Shown: positions 42,945-52,675, counted from the first letter of the stretch. The stretch is DNA of 64,000 nt from Planctomycetota bacterium (GCA_965223845.1 CBDCXR010000004.1:6752001-6816000); one strand, 5' to 3'. The notes: a model not told the origin generated them from the letters alone. Made by a program: numbers and translations.

Positions 42945-43161
42945 GAGCGCTGCTGAGCTCCGCTGCGGGCTGGGAAATGAAGGGCTCAATTAGAGCGGAG
43001 GCGCCGCGCGGATGGAACCGTGGAACGCTCGCGATCCCCGTGCGCGCGCTTCCAATCTCGCGCTTCATCGAGATTACCGGCCGAGCTACAATCCCCCGCT
43101 TCGCGCTCGCTCATTCGAGCCTCTTCTCGCCGAACTCGAACTAAGCCCTCCGGAGACCCGC

Positions 43162-44271
43162 ATGCCGCTCGTTCTCGATTACGAAGAAACCAAGGATCTC
43201 TACCGCGTCTGCGCCGACGCGGACCTCTGCATGGCGAGGATCGGCTACAGCGATCAAGACCAAATCCAGGGCATTGTCCGCGGCGCGGCGCGCTTCGCCT
43301 CGGACCACGGAATCCGGCGCCTTCCGATCGGCATCTTCGCGACCGTGGGGCACTACATCCTCCAGCAGCTGCCGCGTTACCTGTCGGCCGACCACGTGCT
43401 CCCCTCGGTCGGCGGCGATCCCGCCGAGTACCGGCGACGGCTCTTTCGGAACGTGCGCCTCTCGCGGAGCTTCATGGAGATCCTCCTCGATCCGTCGGAC
43501 AGCGACTTCGGCGCGATCCACGCGACGCATCACTACGACCACGGCCATCACACGCTCCCGGGCGGCGGCCGATCGCAGAACGAGATGCTGCGCGAGCCCG
43601 AGTTTCTCGCGCACTTCTCGAGCGTCATGTTCGACGACACGCATTCGCCGTTTCCGGAGAACGTCACGAACTCGATCGCCTACCGTGAGTTCCTCGAGCA
43701 GAACGGTGCGCGGAAGGTCCTCGAAGGTTGCCTCGAGGAAGTCGGCGCCGCGGGACTCGGGAAGGGCGAGACGGCGTTCACCGACCCGTCTCAGATCGAG
43801 GAGTATCTCGAGCGAACGGGCTTCGAGCTCGTCGTTCCGAACATCGGAACGGAGTCGATTCACGCGAAGCCAGTCGGAGTACAGTGGGACATCCTCGAAG
43901 CGCTCGACCGCCGCGGCGTCGGGCACCGGCTGATCGTCCACGGGTTCTCGTCGATTCGAACGCTCAGCACGGATGAGCAGCAGAAGCTCGGGGCTCTCGG
44001 CGTCGTCGGCATGAACGCGTTCAGCTACATTCCGCAGACCGTGGGGCCGCAACTCCTCGAGCGATCGGAGCTTCTTCGTCGTCACCACGACGATGCGAAG
44101 GGTTATCCGGTCGATTTCGCAGCGGACGGCACGCCCGTCTACAACCCTTCGAACGACGCGAACATCTTCTTCGGCCCGCTCCTCGATCAGGTGCGCGACC
44201 TCAAGGTGAAACTGATCGGGGACGGGGTCTACGAGATCCTGAAGAATCTCGGGTACGCTCGGTTAGCTTAA
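43162..44271 (+). CDS. Divergent class II aldolase-like TIM-barrel protein
   Basis: HYDHG (cf. HLDHG), SSVMFD, FPENV, FTDP..IEEY..RTG.ELVVPNIGTE, LIVHG. Confidence 0.72.
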   Translation: MPLVLDYEETKDLYRVCADADLCMARIGYSDQDQIQGIVRGAARFASDHGIRRLPIGIFATVGHYILQQLPRYLSADHVLPSVGGDPAEYRRRLFRNVRLSRSFMEILLDPSDSDFGAIHATHHYDHGHHTLPGGGRSQNEMLREPEFLAHFSSVMFDDTHSPFPENVTNSIAYREFLEQNGARKVLEGCLEEVGAAGLGKGETAFTDPSQIEEYLERTGFELVVPNIGTESIHAKPVGVQWDILEALDRRGVGHRLIVHGFSSIRTLSTDEQQKLGALGVVGMNAFSYIPQTVGPQLLERSELLRRHHDDAKGYPVDFAADGTPVYNPSNDANIFFGPLLDQVRDLKVKLIGDGVYEILKNLGYARLA

Positions 44272-44350
44272 GGCCGGTGAGGCGACGAGGAACCGGACAA
44301 CGATGCTCAGCGAGTTTCGTAGTCCTCCTCGGGTGCTGGTGTCCTCCCAC

Positions 44351-44519
44351 GAAGAGGTTCACACGAAGGGTTTGGGAAGAAGCGCGAAGGAAGACGAAGA
44401 ACCGAGGATTTGAGGCGAAAGAGCTCGAGTGGTCGATTCGTCCCGCAAACTCTCCCACCTAGATTCTTCTCGTCTTCGTCTTCCTTCGTGTCCTTCGCGC
44501 TCTTCGTGTGAACCTCTTC
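44351..44519. repeat. Long intergenic inverted repeat (REP/MITE-like)
   Basis: 18-bp perfect arms GAAGAGGTTCACACGAAG (44351-44368 / 44502-44519) and inner 16-bp arms (44385-44400 / 44473-44488). Confidence 0.85.
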
Positions 44520-44535
44520 ACGAGAAGACCCGAGA

Positions 44536-47500
44536 TCAGCGAGCGCACCCGAGCGCGTCTCCGCTCGGATCGACGTCCGCCGCCGGGAACGGCGCCGGCA
44601 TCGCCGGTCCGTTCTGGAAGAGATACGCGAGAATGTACATCGCGTCGGCGATGTTCGCCGACTCGTCGTCGTTCGCGTCGAGTGCGTCCTCGCAATCGAT
44701 CGGCACCCCGCCGAAGAGGTTGAGGAGCACCTTCAGCGGATCGGAGACGTCCACGCGGCCGTCCCCGTTTGCGTCGCCGCGGACGAAGGTCGGCGGTGGT
44801 GGCAAGTACGTGAACGTGACGGCGTTCGAGGTCTGACCGTCGATATTGCGGACGGTGACCGAAACCGGCCCCTCCGTTCCTGCCGGGACGAGTGCGGTGA
44901 GGCTTGTCGGATCGACGCCCTCGTCGAACTCGACGCCCGTCGCCTCTTCCGTTCCGAAGAACACGCGGATTCCGTCGCGGAAGTCCGCGCCTTCGATCGT
45001 GACCGTCGTTCCGAGGGCCGCGGTGTCGGGCGAAATCGTCGTTAGGCTCGGCGGATCCCAGTCGACCGTCGTCGTAACGGTGATCGTGTCGAGCGCGACG
45101 AAGTCGCCCTTCAGCGTGAACGCGAGGAGCGTGAGCTCGTTCGCCCCGCCGTGGAGCGCGATATCGTCGATTCTCCAGCCGGTCATGCTCGTGAACCGAA
45201 CCGGGTAGGCTTCGTCGTTGACGGTGATGACCTGAACGTCGATCGGAGCGTTCCCCGAGAGATCGACCGTCACCTCGTCGGTCGAGAAGTCGTTCCCCGA
45301 ATTCGTCGAGATCCGGAACGCGACGTTCTCCTCGCACACCGACTCGATTCTCGTCTTGAGGCGAGAGTGCCGCTGGTCGATGTAGCCGCCGGGGAGACCG
45401 ACCTGAACGTTATTCATCCCGAGCGCTCCGAGCCGCTCCATGTAGGGAGACAGATAGTCGGAGTGGAACCACGGGTCCGAGCCGCAGACCATCTCGGCGA
45501 GTATCCCGTAGTACATGCGCTTCACGGGCAGGCGACTAAAGAGGCGCTGCACTTCGGCGAAGCCGCCGGGGCTGTAGGTCGAGTTCGGATTACTCGGGAT
45601 CATGAACGCGTCGACGTTTCCGTACGTGAGCTCCATATCCCAGGCGATCGTGTTCCAGCGCCGATCTTCCTCCGGCTCGTAGAGGTAGCAGTTCTTTCCG
45701 CGATTGGCGCCCCAGTGGTCCCAGTCGTCGGTGTTCAGCCGGACCGCCCACATGCGGAGCATCTCTTCGACGTTCGCGACGTCGAAGATCACGTTGTCGT
45801 ACGCCGTGTTCCCAGTCGCACCCGGGTCCATGATGCGCGCGAACTCGATCAGGCGGGAAAAATCGTCGGCGCCGTTGTTCATGCGGAGACCGAAGAACCA
45901 GCGGTAGTTTTCCTTGTTCTCGCCGTTTCCATCCCCGCGCGAGCTCGGCGGGGGATAGAGAACGCGGGCGTTCGTGTTGCCGGCGCGACTCCCGTCGTCG
46001 CGAATCACGAAGCGATCGTCGACCTCGAAGAACGCGCCGTCGCTGTCGCCCGGGAACCAAAGCGAGATGTACTGCGAATCCGGAACCCAGACGTGCTCGC
46101 GGACCGCGCTCCCGCGCGAGTTCACCTTCCACCGCGTCATGGTCTGGACTTCGGAGTAGGGGACGCGCGCGCTCGGCGATTGCTGCTGCCGGAGGAGATA
46201 GTGCGAGATGCGCTCGCGCGCGTTCGCGCCGTTGCCGTGGTGATCTTCGAGGTTGAACTTCCGGATCCACCCGTGGAGAGGGTCGTGCCGCGGCATGGCG
46301 ACACGGAAGCTCCCGCCCCAACTTCCGCGCGCGAACGGGCTGCCGGAGAAGCGGGTCTTCGACTCGTAGTAGATCTGTTCGGAGCCGAACACGAAGGAGC
46401 CCGGAATCAGCGCGTTCGAGAGCCGGCGCCGATTCGTGAGATAGCTCTCGTCGTTCGACGTCATCCAGAACCGGTAGTTGTGATAGCGACCGTCGATCAT
46501 CTTTTCGTCGTGCCCGTAGATGATATGGCGCTGCTCGCTGAGGCTGGCCGAGCTCGGGTCGATGATCAGGGGGTGCGTCCGCTCGGTGATGTCGACCGGG
46601 TACCGTCCGTCGCGGCCGGTGTTGTCCGATGACTCGATGTGATAGACGACACGCGTGCCGAGCGGCCGGCCGGGGAGCGTCGCTTCGTAGATTCCTCCGC
46701 CGATGTGAGTCATCGTACGCGAGCTCGGCGAGCTCGACGGATTGCTCGTCGAGTAGCGAACGGTGACGTTCGCGACGCCGTCGGTATCGCTCACGCGCGC
46801 CCAGACCGTGACGGACTCGTTGTCGCCCGGCACCGCCGGATCTTGTCGGACGTCGGTGATCACCGGCCCGAGATTCGAGCTGCCGCTCGCATCGATGAGC
46901 CGCTGGGTCACGCTGTTCCGCGCGCCCGGCGTTCCGAGATTCTCGGGGACGATGAGCTCGTGCGACTTCGCCATCGCGTGGCGGTAACCGTGCGTAAGGA
47001 TCGTCTGTGACCCGACGACCCAGCGGGCCTTGAGCGAGATCTGAAGGTCCTCGTTCGTATTCAGAGCGCCGATCCCGGAGTTCGACGTTTCGATCCGGTT
47101 GACCTTGTTGTCGCCGCGCCCGGTCGCGATCACCTTGAGCGATCCGGCCCCGGTGATCGGGTCGATCGTCGTCACGTCGCTTCGGTCGTGCGTCCCTTCG
47201 ATGATCCATCCGCTCGTGTTGCTGTTGAACGTCCCGTTCGAGATCTGCTCGCTACCGCCGCTGAAGATCGTCGTTCGGTCGACGAGCGCCGGATCGAAGG
47301 AGAGGTCGCTGCTGCTGATCCCCGCGTTGTGCACCTGGACGGCGAAGACGTTCGTCCCGGACACGAGAAGATTCTTGAACGACGAGATATCGACGGTTCG
47401 CAGCTCCGGCTCGCCGGCGCTCGGAGCGGCATCGTTGTAGTTCTTCCCGCTCACGTTGTGGCTCGCGACCTGTGTGCCGTTCAGGTACGCGTAGAACCCG

Positions 47501-50097
47501 TCGTCGATGACGACCGTGAACACGAGCTCGTCGATGCCCGCGGGGTTCGCGACATTGAACTCGCGGCGACAAAAGATCGACATGTAATCGTCTTCCATGT
47601 CGCTCAAAACGGTAGCGTCGTCGTTATCGCCGTAGCCGATTCCGGTCGCTCCCGAGAGCCAGCTGCCGTCGTTGAAGTCGATCTCCGTCCAGTCCGCCGG
47701 CGGATTCGAGCGCCCCTTGAAGTAGCGCCAAATGGCGCCTTCGGCGATGAGCGGCGTGTCGTCGAAGGTGGTTCCGCCGCCGATCACCGAGACGTCATCC
47801 ACGATGGTGATTCCGCGGGCGAGGAGCGCGATGTGGAGCTCCGATTCTTCGCCGCCGTGGCGTCCGATGTAGTCGATCTCGGTCACGGGGGCCTTCGCGG
47901 AGTCGTCGCTCGCGTCCCAGGCTTGGCCGAAGCGATTGTCCTGTTCGGGATCGATGAGCTCGAGCGACGAGCCGAGGCCGTCCGTCCACCGCGGCCACTC
48001 GCCGCCGTCGTAGTAGCGGATCGTGTCGACGGTCCGGCCGAGAGTGTCCTGGAGGGTGACGCGCTCGCCGCGGTCGCTCAGGCTCCCGAAATCGTCGCGC
48101 TCGAGCTCCGTCTCGGGCCCGATGACTTCCCCGCCGAGACCGTAGATGCTTCGAATGAGATCCGGGTCGCGCGCGACGACGAGGTAGTCGCCGGCACCGA
48201 GCGAGGTTCCCGGCGGAAAGACGAAATCGACGCCGTTCGTGAGCGCCCATCCCGACATGTCGACCCCGGTGGAGCCGCGGTTGTAGAACTCGATGTACTC
48301 GCGGTTCCTCGACTGATCGATCGGGTGGAACATCACTTCGTTGATCACGATGTCGTCGTTCACCGACATCTCGTTCGCCGCGCCGGGCGTCGGGTCGCTG
48401 GCGTCGGAAAACTCCGTGTCGCCATCGGGGACGCGCGCCTCGCTCATATCGTCGTAGTCGGGGCGGAAGTTGTAGGCGTCGAGCACCTGATCGCCGGTGT
48501 CGTTCACGAACGCGATGAAGACGTTGAGTCCCGAGAGCGCCGGGGAAAGATCGAAGCCGAGATCGCTGCCGTTAAACGTCCGGTATCCGCCGCCCGGGAT
48601 GTTCGTCCCCGCAGGGATGGTGTACTTCGTGAGATCGGTTTGCTGATCGGTGAGATGGAATCCGCTGATATCGACGTTTTGGCTCGACGTGTTGTGGAGC
48701 TCGATCCAGGGCTCGTCTCCCGTGCGGAGGAGCGCCTCGTTGATGAGCACCGGGAACCGCGGCGCCGGACCGCCGCCCGTCGGTGGGGGCGGGGGCGGAT
48801 CGCCGGGCTCTTCGATCGGATCGCCGCCGCCGCCGAAATTCATCCCGAGCGTGTGGTCGAGAGTGACCTGGATTTCTGAATTGCTCGCGAGAGGAGTCCC
48901 GGTGTTGCGTCGTTCGAAGCGAAATCGGAACGACCAGCCGCCGCCGTTCTCGAACACCTTGACGACGACGAGATTCTTACCCGGCTGGAGCGTCGCGGGA
49001 GCGCGATCCTGCACTTCACCGCTTCCGCCGACGCCGCGGCACGCGTCGTTCGAGTGTACGTAGTCTCCGTTGAGGAGGACGGAAATCCCGTCGTCGCTCG
49101 CGACCGCCACGTCTACCGCGAGCGCGGTGTCGGCGATGTTGTCGACGTAGCAGAACGCGTACGCCATCACGTTGTTGGGATCCGGCGGCCATACGGCGTC
49201 GTTGTAGTTGATCGTGTCGCCGAACGACGAGTAGGCCGCGATCGTGGGCGTGTTCGTCGGCGAGTTGGGATGGAGGCCCGTCGATTCGGCGAGCGAGTAG
49301 TTCGTGTTGACGACCCGATCGTCCTCCCAAAGGAGGTCGGTCTCGACGTCTCCGCCGGCGCTCTCCCGCAGCCAATCCTCCGTGAGTCGGCCGCCCAGGT
49401 TGCACGACGATCCCTGGTACGGACCGAGAACGAGCCACTTCGTGATGAAGCCGTTCGGATCGACGCCGTCGCCGGTGTCGCCACCTGGGACGCCGACCTC
49501 GAAGAGTCCCGAGTTCGCCTCTCCCGGAGTCCCGCCGATCTGGTCGCTCAGCGTCCAACTGTCGCCGTCATCGTTTTCGAGATACGGCTGAACGAGCGCG
49601 AGTGTGTGACCCGTTCCGTCGGCACCGACCCGCCACTTGCCGCGGTCGTTGTACCGAACCTCCGCGATCGTGATTCCGGCCGGGTTGCAGATCTCGACGC
49701 GCTCGCCGCCGTTGGAGAGTGCACCCGTCCAATCGCCGACGGTATTCGTGATTCCGTACTCGGCCTGGATGGCGGCCTCGTTCGAGCAGATGACGAGAAA
49801 CGACTTTCCCTCGAGAAAGAGTCCGTCCGGAAACTCGAAATCGACTCCGTTACAGATCGTGTAGCCGGTGAGATCGAGTGGGTCGGGGTTCTCGTTGTAG
49901 ACCTCGATGAATTCGAGGTTCGGGTTCTCGGGTTCGGTGACGTGGTAGTGGATCTCGCTGATGACGAGGCCCATCGCGGGCGCGGACAGGGCGAAGATCA
50001 GGGCCCCGATGGCGAAGGCTCCCACAAGCGGGCGGACGGAGCGGACGCACGGAGCAGCACCACAACGGACCCGACGACTGCCGGACCGAGTTTTCAT
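44536..50097 (-). CDS. Giant secreted protein: multiple lamin-tail domains, carbohydrate-binding-like modules, CotH-type kinase, IPT/TIG and dockerin
   Basis: LTD starts VISEIHY, VLINEAL and IVINEVMF; CotH-like DDWDH...KNCYLY...IAWDMELTYG; C-terminal FVRGDANGDGRVDVSD; probable start ATG 50097. Confidence 0.85.
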   Translation of the reverse strand: MKTRSGSRRVRCGAAPCVRSVRPLVGAFAIGALIFALSAPAMGLVISEIHYHVTEPENPNLEFIEVYNENPDPLDLTGYTICNGVDFEFPDGLFLEGKSFLVICSNEAAIQAEYGITNTVGDWTGALSNGGERVEICNPAGITIAEVRYNDRGKWRVGADGTGHTLALVQPYLENDDGDSWTLSDQIGGTPGEANSGLFEVGVPGGDTGDGVDPNGFITKWLVLGPYQGSSCNLGGRLTEDWLRESAGGDVETDLLWEDDRVVNTNYSLAESTGLHPNSPTNTPTIAAYSSFGDTINYNDAVWPPDPNNVMAYAFCYVDNIADTALAVDVAVASDDGISVLLNGDYVHSNDACRGVGGSGEVQDRAPATLQPGKNLVVVKVFENGGGWSFRFRFERRNTGTPLASNSEIQVTLDHTLGMNFGGGGDPIEEPGDPPPPPPTGGGPAPRFPVLINEALLRTGDEPWIELHNTSSQNVDISGFHLTDQQTDLTKYTIPAGTNIPGGGYRTFNGSDLGFDLSPALSGLNVFIAFVNDTGDQVLDAYNFRPDYDDMSEARVPDGDTEFSDASDPTPGAANEMSVNDDIVINEVMFHPIDQSRNREYIEFYNRGSTGVDMSGWALTNGVDFVFPPGTSLGAGDYLVVARDPDLIRSIYGLGGEVIGPETELERDDFGSLSDRGERVTLQDTLGRTVDTIRYYDGGEWPRWTDGLGSSLELIDPEQDNRFGQAWDASDDSAKAPVTEIDYIGRHGGEESELHIALLARGITIVDDVSVIGGGTTFDDTPLIAEGAIWRYFKGRSNPPADWTEIDFNDGSWLSGATGIGYGDNDDATVLSDMEDDYMSIFCRREFNVANPAGIDELVFTVVIDDGFYAYLNGTQVASHNVSGKNYNDAAPSAGEPELRTVDISSFKNLLVSGTNVFAVQVHNAGISSSDLSFDPALVDRTTIFSGGSEQISNGTFNSNTSGWIIEGTHDRSDVTTIDPITGAGSLKVIATGRGDNKVNRIETSNSGIGALNTNEDLQISLKARWVVGSQTILTHGYRHAMAKSHELIVPENLGTPGARNSVTQRLIDASGSSNLGPVITDVRQDPAVPGDNESVTVWARVSDTDGVANVTVRYSTSNPSSSPSSRTMTHIGGGIYEATLPGRPLGTRVVYHIESSDNTGRDGRYPVDITERTHPLIIDPSSASLSEQRHIIYGHDEKMIDGRYHNYRFWMTSNDESYLTNRRRLSNALIPGSFVFGSEQIYYESKTRFSGSPFARGSWGGSFRVAMPRHDPLHGWIRKFNLEDHHGNGANARERISHYLLRQQQSPSARVPYSEVQTMTRWKVNSRGSAVREHVWVPDSQYISLWFPGDSDGAFFEVDDRFVIRDDGSRAGNTNARVLYPPPSSRGDGNGENKENYRWFFGLRMNNGADDFSRLIEFARIMDPGATGNTAYDNVIFDVANVEEMLRMWAVRLNTDDWDHWGANRGKNCYLYEPEEDRRWNTIAWDMELTYGNVDAFMIPSNPNSTYSPGGFAEVQRLFSRLPVKRMYYGILAEMVCGSDPWFHSDYLSPYMERLGALGMNNVQVGLPGGYIDQRHSRLKTRIESVCEENVAFRISTNSGNDFSTDEVTVDLSGNAPIDVQVITVNDEAYPVRFTSMTGWRIDDIALHGGANELTLLAFTLKGDFVALDTITVTTTVDWDPPSLTTISPDTAALGTTVTIEGADFRDGIRVFFGTEEATGVEFDEGVDPTSLTALVPAGTEGPVSVTVRNIDGQTSNAVTFTYLPPPPTFVRGDANGDGRVDVSDPLKVLLNLFGGVPIDCEDALDANDDESANIADAMYILAYLFQNGPAMPAPFPAADVDPSGDALGCAR

Positions 50098-50316
50098 TGA
50101 GACGAGCCTCTGACGGGAAGAAAAACCGGCGACGCGGCGCAGAGGACGCGCGGCCCAGCCGGAACGGAGGGAGTCTCGCTGCGGGCGAGACCGGGTGTCG
50201 AACCAACCCTGTGTACGAATTCCCGATTGTAGCACAGATGTGTGGGGAGAACGGGACGTGCCCACGCTCCGTCGAGCGCCCCAGGTTCGCCCAATGTTTG
50301 GGGGCAGCGTCGTCGG

Positions 50317-51303
50317 TCAGTCGATCAGGTCGATCTCGACGCCGAGTTCGCGGGCGAGCGGTGAGGTGAGGCGCTGGATCTCGTGGTCAGCGTGGCGAAA
50401 CGCGCGGACGAGCGCGGCGATGCGCCCGAAACGAGATTTTGGCCCGGTGCAGGCGAGGCCTCCCACGAAGTGGGCCCACGCGTTCTCGGGGTGGTCGCGG
50501 AGCACGCTGGCGATGCAATCGAGGGCTCGACCCGGCACTCCCGTCGTCACGAGTGCGTAGCCGTAGTAGACGTCCAGGATCGGCTCGCTCCAGTCGGCGC
50601 CCTCGGGCGCGCATTCGTACACTCGGATGAGCTCCGGCATATCCGCCGATTCGAACGCCCGGTCGAGCGCGGCCGCCCAATCCGCACGGGTGCCGGGGGT
50701 GCCGGGACGCGGCTCCCTGGAGCCCGCCGGTTCACTCGACGATCCTCTCGCGGCGTCCGGCTGAGAGGTGAGCTCCCGATGGTGGAACGAGGCGAAAGCG
50801 TCCCGGCCGCGCGCTTCGAGTCTCGTCTCGAGCGCGGCGAGGAGGCGTCCGCCCGTCTCGGCGATCCAGAGCGCGCCGCGATGGAGCGAGAGCCGAGAGG
50901 GCTTTCCGTTCGTCTCGATCTCGTCCGCCTCTCGTCTCTCCGGCGTCTGTTCGAGCCGGATGAGCGCGCGGAGCGTGTGCGCGATCGCGTTCTCGCCCTC
51001 GAGCTCGCTCGCGAGCTCGTCCGCCCGGTCGATGTCGCCGTAGTCGTAGTGACCCAGAGCGCCGAGGAGAGTCGCCGCTGCGTTCGAGCCCGGGTGGGCG
51101 GCCGCGGCCGCGGCGAGCATGTCCCGCGCCGCGTCCGGCTCGCCGCGCTCGAAGAGGACGCGCGCGAGGGGAAACAGGATCTCGGGACGATCCCCGCGCG
51201 CTTTCCGCAATCGCTCGAGCGCGGCGTGCGCCTCCGCGAGCTCACCTCGGGCCCAGTGGGCTTCGGCGCGTGAGAGCTGGCGTTCGGCGGCGATCGAGGT
51301 CAT
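50317..51303 (-). CDS. Tetratricopeptide-repeat protein
   Basis: TPR-like helices (LARVLFERGEPDAAR, HPENAWAHFVGG); probable start ATG 51303. Confidence 0.7.
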   Translation of the reverse strand: MTSIAAERQLSRAEAHWARGELAEAHAALERLRKARGDRPEILFPLARVLFERGEPDAARDMLAAAAAAHPGSNAAATLLGALGHYDYGDIDRADELASELEGENAIAHTLRALIRLEQTPERREADEIETNGKPSRLSLHRGALWIAETGGRLLAALETRLEARGRDAFASFHHRELTSQPDAARGSSSEPAGSREPRPGTPGTRADWAAALDRAFESADMPELIRVYECAPEGADWSEPILDVYYGYALVTTGVPGRALDCIASVLRDHPENAWAHFVGGLACTGPKSRFGRIAALVRAFRHADHEIQRLTSPLARELGVEIDLID

Positions 51304-51769
51304 CGAAAAGGCGATCGGGAGATGTTCAGCTCGCCCCCCGGGCGGGAGGATACCGGAACTATCGGCCGGGCCGCCCGCGATCTGAACCGGGCGGGTCGGA
51401 TCCCCGGGCCGGGAAAAACTTCGCGATCGAATTTGCAACCGTCCGGAGATTGCCCGAAACTGAGCCGTGGGACGAGACGTCCGTCGACCTCGACGCGAGG
51501 TTCTGTCCGAGAAGACCTCGCAGCCAGATTCGGGTAGAAATTTCTAGTGGAACGGGGAGCTCGGACGTCTCTGATAGAGAGAGGGGATTCGCGTTTGTCC
51601 GCGAACCGAATCCTTCCGAACGGGGTTTGTACGAGTACGGTCCGTCGGCCCGGCGCTCGCTAGAGCGAGGGGCCATCGCAACGGGCCAATGCAGATTGGC
51701 GATCACTCGGAGTCGGGGTCCGGCCGGGCCATCGACCCTCAAGGCAGGACGTTTGTTGGAGGTTGAGTC

Positions 51770-52675
51770 GTGAAATACCACCGAGTTCTCGGCGTGTTAG
51801 CCGTGCTCGTGCTGGTGATTCCGACCGGAACGTGTCTCGAGGCCGGCGAGAAGAAACCGCCGTCCCCGCGAAAGGTGCTCGTGAAGGCTCTGAAGAACCT
51901 TCAGAAGAGCGGCAGCTATCGCACGCGAGTCCGAGTTTCCGGTGGAGTCACGGAGCGGAAGGATCACAAGGTCCTGACGCCGACGGTGGCGCGGAGCTAC
52001 GAAGGCGAGGTTTTCGGCCGCGTCATGAAGGTCTCGCATCCGTCGGTGTTCCGCACCGCAAAGCAGGGTGCGATCCGTACCGGCGGGACCTGGAAGTCCC
52101 TTCTCGCCGCCCGCGAGGGCGTGACCCTCGATCGCCTCTTCCTCTTCCCCGACCAGATTCTCGCGAAGGCCGTCAAGCATTCGAAGACGGCTCAGTGGGT
52201 CGAATCGAAGTCCGCGAAGTCGAAGAAGAAGAAAAAGGAGTCCGACGCGGACGAGAAGGACGGAGACAAGAACTCCGGCCGCACCGTGGTCGTCAAGAAG
52301 AAGGGCGATTCGGTCCCGTTCCCGGGTCGGATTCGCGTCGAGGCGCCGGCCAAGGAGTCTCTCCAGCACGTCCTTACGGTGCAGAACTCCAACTGCTTTG
52401 GCGCTGGGTGAGGCGTCCCCGCTATCTTGTCCAGTATGGACAAGACCCTCACCAACGCGATCTACGATATCGAAATCGATGAGAAGACGTACCTCCCGAC
52501 GAAGATCCGCGTTCTCGTGATGGCCGGGACCCGCGATGGGACCGAGCGCGAGGGACGGAAGATCGTCGGCGGGAAGCACGTAGCGATGCACTTCACCTAC
52601 GACCTGAAGGATTTCGGCGAGATCGAGAAGCCGGAGATCCCGAAGCCTGCGGCGAAGCTGATCGCGGCTCGCTGA
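51770..52675 (+). CDS. Secreted LolA/LppX-like protein with in-frame UGA (52409-52411), predicted selenocysteine at residue 214 of 301
   Basis: GGAGG RBS before GTG; signal peptide; the frame stays open past TGA for another 87 sense codons with the same codon bias; SECIS-like hairpin follows; terminator only after 52675. Confidence 0.75.
52407..52453 (+). promoter_or_regulatory. Putative bacterial SECIS element
   Basis: Perfect 9-bp stem TCTTGTCCA(52425-33)/TGGACAAGA(52437-45) with GTA loop 22 nt after the UGA; lower stem GGTGAGG(52407-13)/CCTCACC(52447-53). Confidence 0.7.

Noticed and set aside
52427-52675. Independent 82-aa gene
   Set aside because: No obvious RBS, the start lies inside the hairpin, it is in frame with the upstream ORF, and it looks like the C-terminal part of the same fold.
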